Positions 49,392 to 60,146 of a stretch of 64,000 bases of DNA are shown in pieces (the stretch's first letter is position 1; the number at the start of each line of letters is the position of its first letter). Location: the NCBI GenBank assembly GCA_965214605.1, contig OZ243961.1, forward strand, positions 2,528,001-2,592,000, read 5' to 3'. The notes below the pieces were generated by a model, which worked only from the letters and a program-made list of their open reading frames with translations, had not been told where the DNA came from and did no database searches. The DNA is from an uncultured Candidatus Binatia bacterium. Its GTDB lineage: Bacteria > Desulfobacterota > Binatia > Bin18. Made by a program: the position numbers and the translations under genes.

Positions 49392-49560
49392 CCTCGTCTC
49401 CTTTTCGGTTAATCCGAATATAGTCTCCCTATCCGCGTCCCCGCAATTGGGGTTGACCGGCGCCCTCTTTATTGCTTTTTGGGAGAAATTCAGATAAAGG
49501 TAGCCGACGTCTGTTGGCAGAATACAGGATTGAAAAATTATCAGACAGAGGGAAAGTAAA

Positions 49561-50256
49561 ATGCAGCGGAACTGGAGCTTTTGGATCCTATGGGTTTTCG
49601 CCATTGTCGGCGTGAGCGGGTGCGGTCTCTCGGCAAAAAAGCGGGACGGCCTCGTGCTCGGCGCGCTGGCCGGCGCGCTGGCCGGCGGGGGGGCCGGGGC
49701 TGGAATTGGCCCAGAAGCTAGCGATAATGAGGACGACGGCCGAGCGGCCGGGATTGCTATTGGCGCCGCGGCCGGAGCGATCATCGGCGGGATCATCGGC
49801 TATACGCTAGCAGAAGAGGAAGCTCCTCCCCCTCCCCCTCCTCCCCCCCCTCCTCCACCGCCCCCACCCCCACCACCTCCTCCTCCGGCCCCAGAGCCGG
49901 AACCGGAGCCAGACCCGTGCCAAGGGCTCGTCCTGCCGGGCGTCATGTTTGACTTTGACAAGTCTGATATCCGGCCCGAATTTGAGCCCGTGCTTGACAC
50001 CGTGGCACGTCGGCTTGGGGAGTGCGCCGATATCAACCTCGCTGTCGAAGGACATACCGACTCGTGGGGGCCTGAGGGCTATAACCAAACTCTGTCCGAG
50101 CGGCGGGCCAAGGCAATTGTCCGCTATCTGGAAGCCCAGGGGGTTGATGCCGGACGGCTTGAGGCAATCGGTAGGGGGGAGAACGATCCGATTGCACCGA
50201 ACCAGGATCCGGACGGGCGGGCGAAGAACCGTCGGGTCGTTCTCAGCCCCCGCTAG
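49561..50256 (+). CDS. OmpA-family lipoprotein with glycine zipper and polyproline linker
   Basis: Lipobox VSGC, glycine zipper, Pro run, FDFDKS, EGHTDS...YNQTLSERRA, NRRV. Confidence 0.9.
   Translation: MQRNWSFWILWVFAIVGVSGCGLSAKKRDGLVLGALAGALAGGGAGAGIGPEASDNEDDGRAAGIAIGAAAGAIIGGIIGYTLAEEEAPPPPPPPPPPPPPPPPPPPPPAPEPEPEPDPCQGLVLPGVMFDFDKSDIRPEFEPVLDTVARRLGECADINLAVEGHTDSWGPEGYNQTLSERRAKAIVRYLEAQGVDAGRLEAIGRGENDPIAPNQDPDGRAKNRRVVLSPR
49825..49887 (+). repeat. CCN codon run encoding 21 consecutive prolines
   Basis: 63 nt of mixed CCT/CCC/CCA/CCG codons. Confidence 0.9.
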
Positions 50257-50275
50257 ACGGCTCCAGCGGCACCAT

Positions 50276-50715
50276 ATGTCCAAGCGTATCAAAGAACAGA
50301 GCATCCTCGGGACTCTTCGCAGGTTCGCCACGGCGGCTCGGCAGGCTGCTGGGGGCGAACATGAAGGAACTGCACGCTCTCCAAGACGGCAGCTGGAGGG
50401 CCGGGATTCATGACACGGTCAGCCCAGAGCCCCAAGACACTGTCCTGGTCAAAACGCGGGCCAGCGCCTTTTGCGCCAGCCCGCTGGGACGAGATTCTGG
50501 AAGCCCGCCGGGGCTTCCACCCATTTCATTCTCACGCCGCCACAAACGGCGGTGTTGAAGGCACGACTCGGGACGGCATCGACCGTGGCCATGATCATCC
50601 CCAAAGACCGGGGTATCGCCACACCGAAGAGGCCCGTCAGGTCATCCTGGGCGGGATGCCAGGGGCCTTTCCCACCGTCTGTGAGGCCGACGATATCATC
50701 CACGCCCTGGCCTAG
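50276..50715 (+). pseudogene. degenerate isochorismatase/cysteine hydrolase
   Basis: GSWRAGIHDTVSPEPQDTVLVKTRASAF and ATNGGVEGTTRDGIDRG fragments in different frames; N-terminus missing. Confidence 0.6.
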
Positions 50716-50792
50716 CATGCCCTACTCCTTTGTGTTTTCGCCTGTCAAAAAAGTGGACGAGTCTCTCTTCCTAATTTTAGAGCAGCACGGAC

Positions 50793-51992
50793 ATGACTCA
50801 GAGCAATGCACTTACCGGTATTCGGGTAATCGACCTCACCAATAACCAGGCTGGCCCGTCGTGTGGACAGATGTTGGCCTGGCTCGGAGCCGAGGTGATT
50901 AAGGTTGAGGAACCGGGCAAGGGAGACGTCGCCCGGACGAGTCTGAGCGACCAACCTGGCGTCGATAGCCTGTTCTTTTTGACGTTTAACGCCAATAAGC
51001 GCAGCCTGACGATCAACCTCAAAAGCGCTCAGGGCAAAGAGGTGTTTGCCAAACTGATCAAAACGGGGGATGTCCTGCTGGAAAACTTCGGGCCGGGCGT
51101 CTTGGACCGTTTAGGCTTTGACTATCCGAGGCTCAAGAGCCTCAACCCCGGCCTAGTCTTGGCCAGCATCAAGGGCTTTGGGACCTATGGCCCCCATAGC
51201 CACCACAAGAGTTATGAGCCCATTGCTCAGGCGATGGGCGGTTCGATGAGTGTCACCGGCTTTCCCGATAAGCCCCCGACGGTGACCTGGGCGTGCGTCG
51301 GTGATTCGGGGACCGGTATGCATTGCACTATTGGAATATTGGCCGCGCTAATGCAGCGTCGCGCGACCGGCGAAGGGCAGAAGGTTGAGGTGTCGATGCA
51401 AGACGCAGTCGTTAATCTCGTCCGGGTCAGCCTGCGCGACCATCAACGCACCGGTCGGTCGGTTGAGCGAAACGGCAACCAGTTAGGTCCGTTTGTCCCG
51501 GCCACGACCTACCGCTGCCATCCCGGCGGTCCGAACGACTATGTGTTCATTATTGCACAGCAGCAGATGTGGCATCCTCTGCTGCGCACGATCGGTCGTG
51601 AGGAGCTGATCGGTGACCCCCGCTATGAAACGGTGAAGGCACGCCTGGAGCGTCGGGATGAGGTGAACGCTTTTATCGAGGCCTGGACCAGCCGACGGCC
51701 TAAACACGAAGTGATGCATCTGCTGGCCGATGCGGGCATCCCATGTGGAGCCTGCCAAGACACCGGCGAGGTTCTGGCCGATCCCCATCTCCACGCCCGA
51801 GAGATGATTGTCGAAGTCGACCATCCGGTACGCGGCAAATATCTGACTGCGGGCAATCCGATTAAAATGTCGGCCTCGTCGGTGCCAATCACCAGCTCCC
51901 CGCTCCTGGGGCAGCACACCGGCGAGATTCTGGCCGAGTTGGGATATTCCGAGGCCACCGTGGCTGCCCTGAAGGAAGAAGGGGCGATTTAA
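50793..51992 (+). CDS. family III CoA-transferase (formyl-CoA transferase-like)
   Basis: ALTGIRVIDLT, QAGPSCGQMLAWLGA, GDSGTGMH, SPLLGQHT. Confidence 0.9.
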   Translation: MTQSNALTGIRVIDLTNNQAGPSCGQMLAWLGAEVIKVEEPGKGDVARTSLSDQPGVDSLFFLTFNANKRSLTINLKSAQGKEVFAKLIKTGDVLLENFGPGVLDRLGFDYPRLKSLNPGLVLASIKGFGTYGPHSHHKSYEPIAQAMGGSMSVTGFPDKPPTVTWACVGDSGTGMHCTIGILAALMQRRATGEGQKVEVSMQDAVVNLVRVSLRDHQRTGRSVERNGNQLGPFVPATTYRCHPGGPNDYVFIIAQQQMWHPLLRTIGREELIGDPRYETVKARLERRDEVNAFIEAWTSRRPKHEVMHLLADAGIPCGACQDTGEVLADPHLHAREMIVEVDHPVRGKYLTAGNPIKMSASSVPITSSPLLGQHTGEILAELGYSEATVAALKEEGAI

Positions 51993-52255
51993 TTCGCCTT
52001 GGGGTTCGGCTCACGTGTTCTAGACATTCGCCGAGCAGGGCGAAAACAGGCCACTGCGTCGCCGCTCTGCCAGAGCTTTGCCGTTCGAGTGCCTAGCCCT
52101 GCCGCGGCTGACCAACACGTCCCCTTCTCAATCCCGCCGCCAGCCACCCAAGCCTCAGAAAATCGCGCCGGGGCCAAGCCCACCAATCTGTCTGCCGAGG
52201 ATCTCCTGCTCCATCCTGTCTGTAAGCGGAGCGACTTCCCTTATTCGATGCCTTC

Positions 52256-53287
52256 TTACGCCTCTTGTTGGTGGGCAGGAATGCTCAGCCCGAACTTCTC
52301 CCGGATTCGACCTTCGACAACGGCCGCAAGATCAGGGTTCTCTCGCAGATACGCCTTGGCATTCTCTCGGCCCTGGCCAATGCGATCTCCACCGTGCGAA
52401 TACCACGCGCCCGCCTTCTCGATAATACCCTGATCAGTCCCGATATCGATCAGCTCTCCCTCTTTTGACACACCTCTGCCGTACAAGATGTCGAATTCCG
52501 CCTCCTTGAAGGGCGGCGCAACCTTATTTTTCACCACCTTGACCTTAGTGCGATTGCCGACAACGGCATCGGCGCTCTTGACCGCTCCGGTCCGACGAAT
52601 ATCCAAACGTACCGAGGCGTAAAATTTGAGGGCGTTTCCCCCGGTTGTGGTCTCAGGGTTCCCAAACATCACGCCGATCTTCATCCGGACCTGGTTGATG
52701 AAGATGACCATAGTTTTCGAACGCGCAATCGTCCCCACCAGCTTGCGTAGGGCTTGGGACATGAGGCGAGCTTGAAGTCCCATCTGTGGCTCGCCCATCT
52801 CCCCTTCAATTTCTGCCCGAGGGACAAGGGCGGCCACCGAGTCAATCACAACGACATCAAGCGCCCCGCTGCGCACCAGGGTTTCGGTAATCTCAAGGGC
52901 CTGCTCCCCATTGTCGGGTTGGGAGATCAGTAACTCGTCCCCCTGTACGCCCAGCTTTTGAGCGTAGGCCATATCGAGGGCGTGTTCGGCATCCACAAAG
53001 GCACAGGTCCCGCCCGCTTTCTGCGCCTGAGCCACCACATGCAGCGCTAGGGTCGTTTTTCCAGAAGACTCGGGACCGTAGATTTCAATCACCCGACCGC
53101 GCGGCAGCCCACCGATACCCAAGGCCAAGTCCAGGGTAAGCGAACCGGTCGAGATGGACTCAATATCCTCTATGACGGTATCTTCGCCAAACCTCATAAT
53201 TGAACCTTTGCCAAACTGCTTTTCAATCTGGCTCACCGCTAAATCAAGGGCCCGCTCACGGTCTCTGTTCTCTTTTTCGCTTGCCAT
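52256..53287 (-). CDS. recA: recombinase RecA
   Basis: [44 protein letters not shown]. Confidence 0.99.
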   Translation of the reverse strand: MASEKENRDRERALDLAVSQIEKQFGKGSIMRFGEDTVIEDIESISTGSLTLDLALGIGGLPRGRVIEIYGPESSGKTTLALHVVAQAQKAGGTCAFVDAEHALDMAYAQKLGVQGDELLISQPDNGEQALEITETLVRSGALDVVVIDSVAALVPRAEIEGEMGEPQMGLQARLMSQALRKLVGTIARSKTMVIFINQVRMKIGVMFGNPETTTGGNALKFYASVRLDIRRTGAVKSADAVVGNRTKVKVVKNKVAPPFKEAEFDILYGRGVSKEGELIDIGTDQGIIEKAGAWYSHGGDRIGQGRENAKAYLRENPDLAAVVEGRIREKFGLSIPAHQQEA

Positions 53288-53338
53288 AGCTGATCCTTCG
53301 TCTATGCAAAGTGGACGACTCCCGGAGGTCATCATCGT

Positions 53339-53902
53339 CTACTTTGTTTGGAGGGGAGCCGATCCTAAGGCGGTATAGATCGCCCCGGTGGGCCGCAGGT
53401 CGCTCCGATACAGCCTGACCTGGTCTATGACACTCGTGCCAAAGGAGGTGTGTGCGTAGTGTTGGACGAGGGGCAAGACCTGGTCCCAGCCGCGCTGAGA
53501 GCGGACCCGGCCAAGCGTCACATGGGGATGAAATTCGCGTTTTTCGGCAGGAAAATGCAGCTCCCGTAGGGCTGTTTCAAGATCTTTACTCAGCACTGTC
53601 AGCCCCTCTCCGCTCAGCCCAACCCAAATGACCCGCAGCCGTTTCAGGTCGGGAAATCCACCCAGCCGGCGGGCTTCGACCCGAAATGCTGGGCGGTCGT
53701 GTACGACGCGTCGCAACCGGCTCAGGATGGGAGCAACACAGTCCTGCTCAATATCACCCAGAAATTTTAGGGTCAGATGCATATTCTCAACTCGAGTCCA
53801 ACGCACCACGCCTGGGTCGGCCGCGCGCAACGCTGCTTGGACTTTCGCTATTTCTTCGACTACGAATGAAGCTAGATTAACCGCGATAAAGGTACGAATC
53901 AA
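53339..53902 (-). CDS. thpR: RNA 2',3'-cyclic phosphodiesterase (2H family)
   Basis: RTFIAV, HLTLKFLG and HVTLGR twin HxT motifs; typical cinA-thpR-recA order; start approximate. Confidence 0.9.
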   Translation of the reverse strand: MIRTFIAVNLASFVVEEIAKVQAALRAADPGVVRWTRVENMHLTLKFLGDIEQDCVAPILSRLRRVVHDRPAFRVEARRLGGFPDLKRLRVIWVGLSGEGLTVLSKDLETALRELHFPAEKREFHPHVTLGRVRSQRGWDQVLPLVQHYAHTSFGTSVIDQVRLYRSDLRPTGAIYTALGSAPLQTK

Positions 53903-53927
53903 GGGGATTTGCTCGCAACAATCGGGC

Positions 53928-55211
53928 TTATCTCCGAATAAAACTGGCCTCATTAATCGGCACTCCAAGCAGAGACCGGCGGACCCAGTCAAGGGCCAGT
54001 TGGGAGATGAGGGTTTTGATCCACTCTCGGTTACCCCACAGTTTGTAACGACGTGAAACCAGGGTGCTCTCGTTGGCTAAGGCCAGACAGGCCGTGCCAA
54101 CCGGCTTGTCCTCGGTGGCGCCATCCGGGCCAGCAATGCCAGTCATCGCAATACCGATATCGGTGGCCAGCCGCTCACGCACGCCAGCCGCCATTTCGCC
54201 CACCACCTCCTCACTGACTGCTCCGTGGAGCTGCAAGGTGTGGGGCTTGACGCCCAAGAGCTGAGTTTTGGCCGTATTCGAGTAGGCGACAATAGTGCCT
54301 TGGAAGTAGGCTGAACTGCCCGGGACATTGGTCACCCGATGACCGACCAGACCGCCCGAACAGGCTTCGGCTAGGCCGAATGTCTTACCGTTTTCTTTGA
54401 GCAGGCGGCCCACCACTTCTTCCATAGTGACATCACCCTCACCGTAGACGTAGGTGCCAATCTTGGTGCGGATACGCTCAGAGAGGCTCTCCAGACGCGG
54501 CTCAGCCTCTCCCGGTCTCCCGCGTACCGTCAGGCGCATCGAGATCTGGGGAAAATTGGCCCGAAAGCCGACACGGCCCTCATCCTCGTCAATTGTCCCG
54601 GCGATCATCTCGTCAAGCCCGGATTCGCTGATCCCAAAAGTCTGAAAGGTACGGGTCAGAAACAGGTCCCCCCCACCACGCATCTCCCGTACCCACGGCA
54701 AGACCGTTTCTTCCATCATCGGTTTCATCTCACGTGGCACGCCGGGCAGCACGATCAGGTGCTTTTTGCCGTGGGGCGTATCAAGATCAAGCCGATAGCC
54801 GGGCGCCGTGCCCAGATGGTTGGGAACAATGACCGCGCCGGCTGGGAACTGGGCCTGTTTCAGATTGTTCTCGGGCATGACCCGATTAAAGGAGGCAAAC
54901 AAACGCCGGATATTCTCGGCCACCTCTTCGGAAAAGGTCAGTTCCACTCCGGCAACTTTGGCCACGAGTTCGGTGGTCAAATCATCGGCCGTCGGCCCGA
55001 TACCACCCGTCGAGACAATCACATCGGCCTGCTCCATAGCCTGTCGCCAGGCCCATATAATCCGCTCAGCCACATCGCCGACGGTGATCACCGTGGCGAC
55101 CTCCATCCCAACCTCGACAAACTTGTCGGCAATATAATTGGCGTTTGTATCGACCACTTTGCCGGTCGTAATCTCGTCCCCGGTGCTGAGAATAGCCACA
55201 CGTTCAATCAT
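53928..55211 (-). CDS. cinA: competence/damage-inducible protein CinA (NMN deamidase domain)
   Basis: STGDEITTG..VDTN, GGIGPTADDLT, PGVPREM, VPGSSAYF, TGIAGPDG. Confidence 0.93.
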   Translation of the reverse strand: MIERVAILSTGDEITTGKVVDTNANYIADKFVEVGMEVATVITVGDVAERIIWAWRQAMEQADVIVSTGGIGPTADDLTTELVAKVAGVELTFSEEVAENIRRLFASFNRVMPENNLKQAQFPAGAVIVPNHLGTAPGYRLDLDTPHGKKHLIVLPGVPREMKPMMEETVLPWVREMRGGGDLFLTRTFQTFGISESGLDEMIAGTIDEDEGRVGFRANFPQISMRLTVRGRPGEAEPRLESLSERIRTKIGTYVYGEGDVTMEEVVGRLLKENGKTFGLAEACSGGLVGHRVTNVPGSSAYFQGTIVAYSNTAKTQLLGVKPHTLQLHGAVSEEVVGEMAAGVRERLATDIGIAMTGIAGPDGATEDKPVGTACLALANESTLVSRRYKLWGNREWIKTLISQLALDWVRRSLLGVPINEASFIRR

Positions 55212-55690
55212 AAGACACCTCTCGTGAGCAGGCGGAGCACGAGATTTGCGTATAGCCCCGCGACAACATCGTCGAACACAACTCCAAGCCCGCCAGCCAC
55301 CTGACGATCAAAGTAGCGTGCTGGCGGAGGCTTGAGGATATCAAACAGGCGGAAAAGCGCAAAGGCAATAAGCAGGCGGGGGAGCGTGAGGTCGAACCAG
55401 GCGGTCGCGCACAAGAAACCAACGATCTCATCAATGACGATCTTTCCACTATCGTGCTCGCCAAGGTAGCCTTCAGCCGCGCCGGCCAGCACACAGGCCA
55501 CGCCAATCAGCGCGCTAAGGGTGAGCAGGTGGAGAACTGGCGAGAAGGCGAAGAGCGCTCCCGAAGCGAAAATCAGCGGCAGCGCGGCCAAGGAGCCAAC
55601 CGTTCCCGACGCAACGGGCGCGTAACCTAGGTAGGCCCCGGTGGCCAGGAAAAGGATAAGCCCACGCACGCTATCTCGATAACGATCCAA
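55208..55690 (-). CDS. pgpA: phosphatidylglycerophosphatase A
   Basis: APVASGTVGS, IVIDEIVG, FRLFDILKP, GVVFDDVVAG. Confidence 0.92.
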   Translation of the reverse strand: MDRYRDSVRGLILFLATGAYLGYAPVASGTVGSLAALPLIFASGALFAFSPVLHLLTLSALIGVACVLAGAAEGYLGEHDSGKIVIDEIVGFLCATAWFDLTLPRLLIAFALFRLFDILKPPPARYFDRQVAGGLGVVFDDVVAGLYANLVLRLLTRGVL

Positions 55691-55693
55691 ACT

Positions 55694-56926
55694 TTAGAGA
55701 GAGTTTTGCAACTCATCTCGAAAATCCGGATGAGCAATGTTGATCAGGGCTTCGGCTCGGGCATGAAGGTCTTTGCCTTTGAGCCGGGCGATGCCGTATT
55801 CGGTAATAATATAATCGGTACAGAAGCGCGGGGTGGTCACCATCGCCCCGGTGGCCAGTCGAGGCACAATTTTTGAGTGCTTGCCATCCTCGGTAGTTGA
55901 CGGCAGGGCGATAATAGAAATGCCCCCCTCCGATAGCGCGGCGGCCTCAACGTAGTCCAGACTGCCACCCACGCCGCTAATTTGGACCGGACCGATGGTC
56001 TCGCCGTTACTCTGGCCATGAAGGTCGATTTCGACCGCCGAGTTGACGGACACAAAGCGGGGCAGTTTGGCCAGCAGCAAGATGTTATGCGTCACACTCG
56101 AAGTGACCATCTGGAGGTTGGGGGTTTGACCACAAAAGTCGTACAGATCCTGATTCCCGGCCAACTCACCGGTGATGAGCTTGGGCGTGTGGCGGACCTT
56201 ATCCATGAAGGCAATCAGTCCCTGCGAGAGCATGCCCGAGTATAGGTTGGCCCCGCGTTTTTCGGCCAAACGCTCCAACACCAGATCGGGAACCGACCCA
56301 ACCCCGAGCTGCACCCAAGCGTTTTTCGGCACGAGTTCCAAGACGGTCTCGGCAATCTTTTGATCTCGTTCGCTCTGGTGCGGGGCGGTGTAGACGCCGA
56401 GCGGCTCGGACGACTCAATCGCATAGTCGATCTTCTCGACCGGTACACGACTATTGCCCGTAGTCACTGGCATATTGGTATTGACCTCGACGATCACGAG
56501 TTTAGCGCTGTCAATAAAGTCCTGATACAGACTGACCGAAATCCCCAGACTGACCATGCCTTCGCCATCCGGGGGTGAGACTTGGGCAACGACGACGTCC
56601 GGCTGAATCAGGCCGTTTTTGTGAACGATTTTGGTAATCTCGCTAAACCGCATCGGCACAAAACCGACCTTGTTTTCCTTAAACAGATGGCGAATCTGGG
56701 GAGCGGCCTGCCAGGTTTTATACGTAAAATTTGTACCTAGGCCGTTGCGTAAAAACGGGTAAGAGCCAAAGGCTAGGCCGGAATAAATCGTCAGATTGTT
56801 AAAGCGCTCAATCTCTTGTCCAAAGGCCTGATAAAATATCATCGGTTCGACGCAGCCGTGGGGGAAAATAACGGTACTCGCATCGGGAATGGCCTGGACT
56901 GCCTGCTTGGGACTCACAAGTTTCAT
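55694..56926 (-). CDS. acetyl-CoA hydrolase/transferase family (4-hydroxybutyrate CoA-transferase-like)
   Basis: QLGVGSVPD, ISGVGGSLDY, ITEYGIARLKGK, IAHPDFR. Confidence 0.88.
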   Translation of the reverse strand: MKLVSPKQAVQAIPDASTVIFPHGCVEPMIFYQAFGQEIERFNNLTIYSGLAFGSYPFLRNGLGTNFTYKTWQAAPQIRHLFKENKVGFVPMRFSEITKIVHKNGLIQPDVVVAQVSPPDGEGMVSLGISVSLYQDFIDSAKLVIVEVNTNMPVTTGNSRVPVEKIDYAIESSEPLGVYTAPHQSERDQKIAETVLELVPKNAWVQLGVGSVPDLVLERLAEKRGANLYSGMLSQGLIAFMDKVRHTPKLITGELAGNQDLYDFCGQTPNLQMVTSSVTHNILLLAKLPRFVSVNSAVEIDLHGQSNGETIGPVQISGVGGSLDYVEAAALSEGGISIIALPSTTEDGKHSKIVPRLATGAMVTTPRFCTDYIITEYGIARLKGKDLHARAEALINIAHPDFRDELQNSL

Positions 56927-57064
56927 ATTGGCCTCGCTTTGGCGTATCAATCCGCCATATCTCGGCTCAAAAGCGAACGATGAGGACTCCCTCATCAGGA
57001 AAAGATCATCGTTCGTCGCTTTTCTTTACCCTACGATGACGGGCCGCCTGCGTCTAGTGGTCGC

Positions 57065-58144
57065 CTAGGGAATGATCGCATATTTGATCCCCCGCCCTTG
57101 CTGCAAAAGCTCAAAGACTGCCGCAAGCTCGGCCAGGGGATAGCTGGCGCTAATCAGGGCGGTGCTTAGAATTTTTCCGCTCGCCAGCAGTTCGTAGGCA
57201 CGCCGCACAGCGGTGGGGGTAAAATGGAAAGGGCTAAACAGGCGGACCTGATCGTAATGGATCCGATAGGTATCAAGAGCGATCGTCGTTCCCGGCGGAC
57301 AGCCACCAAAGAGAATCAGCTGGCCACCCGGACGGGGCCAAAAAACCGACTCTTGCCACACCTGGGGCTGGGCTGTGCACTCAACAACGAGGTCGGCACC
57401 CCGACCGTGGGTGAGACTCAACACCTCTTCGCGGGCGTCTTCGGCCGAACGGGCAATAATCCCGCTGGCTCCGAGTCGGCGGGCAATATCGGCCCGGTAT
57501 GGGTTGCGGGCCACCACATACACCCGCTCGACCCCACGTAGGCGCAAAACCGCGAGATGCAACAAACCAAAAGCGCCCGCTCCAACGATGAGCGCGGTAT
57601 CGTCCGGCCGCAGAACAATGGGCTGCAGACCAAACACGACACATGACAGGGGTTCGAGCAGACACGCCTCGGCAAAAGACAGCTGATCGGGTTTGGGGAA
57701 GAGATTGCTCCGGTGAACCCGGGCCGGAATACGCACATATTCGGCGTAGCCTCCCAACACCATCGTCTCCATGAGCGACACACACAGGTTTTCCTGTTCC
57801 CGCTGACAGTAAAAGCAGCTCCCGCAGGGACCGGTTGGAGCAACCATTACAGCGTCACCTTCACGAACGGACCGCACCCGACTGCCACATGCGGCCACGG
57901 TGCCCGCATACTCGTGGCCGAATCGTACCGGCGGTGGCCACTTGGGGTGGCCGCGTCGAAAGGCCTTGAGATCTGTTCCACACGTTAGCGCGGCACCAAT
58001 CTTCAGCACGATCTCGTCCTCTTTGGGTTGAGGGATCGGGGTGCGCTGAAAAGCCAGCCGGCCCGGACCGAGCAACATCACGGCCTGCATGTGGTCAGGC
58101 GTGTTGGGAAAAGGGGTGGACGATCTTTTAGAGGGGTCGGTCAT
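57065..58144 (-). CDS. zinc-binding alcohol dehydrogenase family protein
   Basis: CGTDLK, GHEYAG, CGSCFYC...C structural Zn site, GAGAFG. Confidence 0.9.
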   Translation of the reverse strand: MTDPSKRSSTPFPNTPDHMQAVMLLGPGRLAFQRTPIPQPKEDEIVLKIGAALTCGTDLKAFRRGHPKWPPPVRFGHEYAGTVAACGSRVRSVREGDAVMVAPTGPCGSCFYCQREQENLCVSLMETMVLGGYAEYVRIPARVHRSNLFPKPDQLSFAEACLLEPLSCVVFGLQPIVLRPDDTALIVGAGAFGLLHLAVLRLRGVERVYVVARNPYRADIARRLGASGIIARSAEDAREEVLSLTHGRGADLVVECTAQPQVWQESVFWPRPGGQLILFGGCPPGTTIALDTYRIHYDQVRLFSPFHFTPTAVRRAYELLASGKILSTALISASYPLAELAAVFELLQQGRGIKYAIIP

Positions 58145-58184
58145 GAGCGATCTCTTGTGGAGAGCAGGGCGAGCACGGGGGGGC

Positions 58185-58772
58185 TCACCACAGCAGCGGA
58201 CGAACGTGAAAATGATAATGATCGGGAATTTGGCGCATATTGTGATCAAAAGTCCATTTGGGAAAATGGCCGGTATATTTCTGCTCGGCAACCATATTGA
58301 GCGCCTCTTCCATAAAGGTGACTTCGTCCGGCGTCAGTGTAACCCGGTGTTCAGCCAGGACCGCGATCGGCACCTCGCAGGCGTCACAATCAAGAATGGT
58401 AAACTTCAGCGGCCGATGAAACTCGGCATACCAGGGGGTGTAGTGGACCAGCTCACACAGGTCACACACCCGGCCTGAGGGCATTCTCCCGATCGGGGGC
58501 GGTCGATAGTCAGCCGGCCGCTCAAATTTCCCGCTGGCCTGTTTGTCGGCCACTAAGCGGCGTATTTTTTCGATATAGGCCAGCTCCTCAGCGCTCAGCT
58601 TGTCCCGTGGCGTATCGCCCTCTTCATCGGACAGCACCCGGACCGAGAGCGGGCCGGGACTCCCGTCGAGGACGACAAAATGAAGCGGCTGATAAAACTC
58701 GACCAGCACGGGGAAAGCGCCGGGGGGGTACGCGGATGAGTCAAACGACAGCCACGCCGGGCGGTTGGCCAT
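58185..58772 (-). CDS. hypothetical protein with C-terminal HIT-like (HxHxH) region
   Basis: CDLC and CDAC Cys pairs, IPDHYHFHVRP; RBS GAGGAGG. Confidence 0.6.
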   Translation of the reverse strand: MANRPAWLSFDSSAYPPGAFPVLVEFYQPLHFVVLDGSPGPLSVRVLSDEEGDTPRDKLSAEELAYIEKIRRLVADKQASGKFERPADYRPPPIGRMPSGRVCDLCELVHYTPWYAEFHRPLKFTILDCDACEVPIAVLAEHRVTLTPDEVTFMEEALNMVAEQKYTGHFPKWTFDHNMRQIPDHYHFHVRPLLW

Positions 58773-58789
58773 ATGCTCTGCCTCCTCAT

Positions 58790-59790
58790 GTCTCTTCAGT
58801 TGACCTCGATATGATACAGGCGGGCAACGTTCTCGCGGACAATTTTCCGCCGTACCTCGTCAGCGATCCCCTGGAAGTTGCGGGCCACGGCCTCACGGGA
58901 GCGTGGCCGGGTCGCCATCAAATGCGGATAGTCGCTGGACCACATATAATTGTCGGTTCCAAACAGGTCTGCGTTACGTACGCCAACTGCGCCATCAATA
59001 TATGGTGGGCCAGGTCGGAGCGGGCCAGAAAGTGCGGCAGCCAGCCAATATCATTTTCGGCAGACACAATCTTGAGTTCGGGGAAACGTTCGAGACGCCC
59101 CCAAACACCAGGGCAGTAGAAGGTTCGTTGGACCTCGTAGGGGATACTCATGATGTGCAGGAATAAGTTGGAGTCGTAGCGGCTCTCTTTACCATGGCCC
59201 GTCCCTAAATGCAGCCTGAGCGGTACGTTCAGCTCTTGGGCTTCGGCCCAGAACGGATCATAGCGCGCCTCCGCGTACGTTCGGCCTTGGGGTGGTGAGC
59301 ACATGATCAGCCCACCTCTCAGTCCAAGCTTGGCGCACCGCCGTAGCTCCTTGACGCCTTGCTCGATATCGAGGAGCGGAATCATCGCCAGACCGAGGAG
59401 TTGTTCGGACGCATAAATGCACAGCGCGTCCAGTTATTATACACCCGGAACAATTCCCGTTGGAAGGGCCCGTCGAGCAGGCCGAACAGACGAAAGCCTA
59501 AGGTCGTATAAATGACTTCCGCCTCAACCCCATCAAGCGCCATGTCTTTGAGCCGGGGGGCGGCCTGCCAGCCACCGGCAATGCCATCGTCGTAGTTAGT
59601 GGCCTTTTGAAACTCGTTATACTCGCTCGGATCTTTGCCCGCGGCAAAAGCTAGCGAGGCAGGGCGGGGTTCCAGCCCTTCGCAGATGAACCACTCCCCG
59701 CTCAAATCACCTGGGTTTGTTTCCACCCGTGGGGCCCGGTCACGAAAGGATTCATCCATCCGCTCGATCCACAGAATTGACCTGACTTAA
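58790..59790 (-). pseudogene. amidohydrolase_2 paralog, frameshifted
   Basis: Fragments WIERMDESFRDRAP, YDPFWAEA, SAENDIGW and WSSDYPH in different frames; boundaries approximate. Confidence 0.8.
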
Positions 59791-60146
59791 TCCGTGCCCG
59801 CTCTGACTTCAGTGCCCAATTCCACTGAATCCGCAGGAGGAGGAAGGTGGTCGTGCCCGACCAAGTCGGCAAGAAACTGCTCAAAATTGCGGGTGTCGCT
59901 CAGCTGCTCCGTACGACTCGCGAACGCGATAGAGTTATGGCCGTCACGATCTGGATTGCTCTGCTCTCTCAGTGTTGGCGGATTGCCCCTCATCCCCCAC
60001 ACTTTAGAAGGCCAAGGTGTCAGGACCCGCGACGGCACCGGGTCACTCCGAACCCTCTACTAGGTCTCTCCTCAAACTGCGGGCGAGGCGTGCGCGGCCG
60101 GAGGATTGTCCCATGCACGCACGCCTCGGGCACTTGCGAGGGGTTG

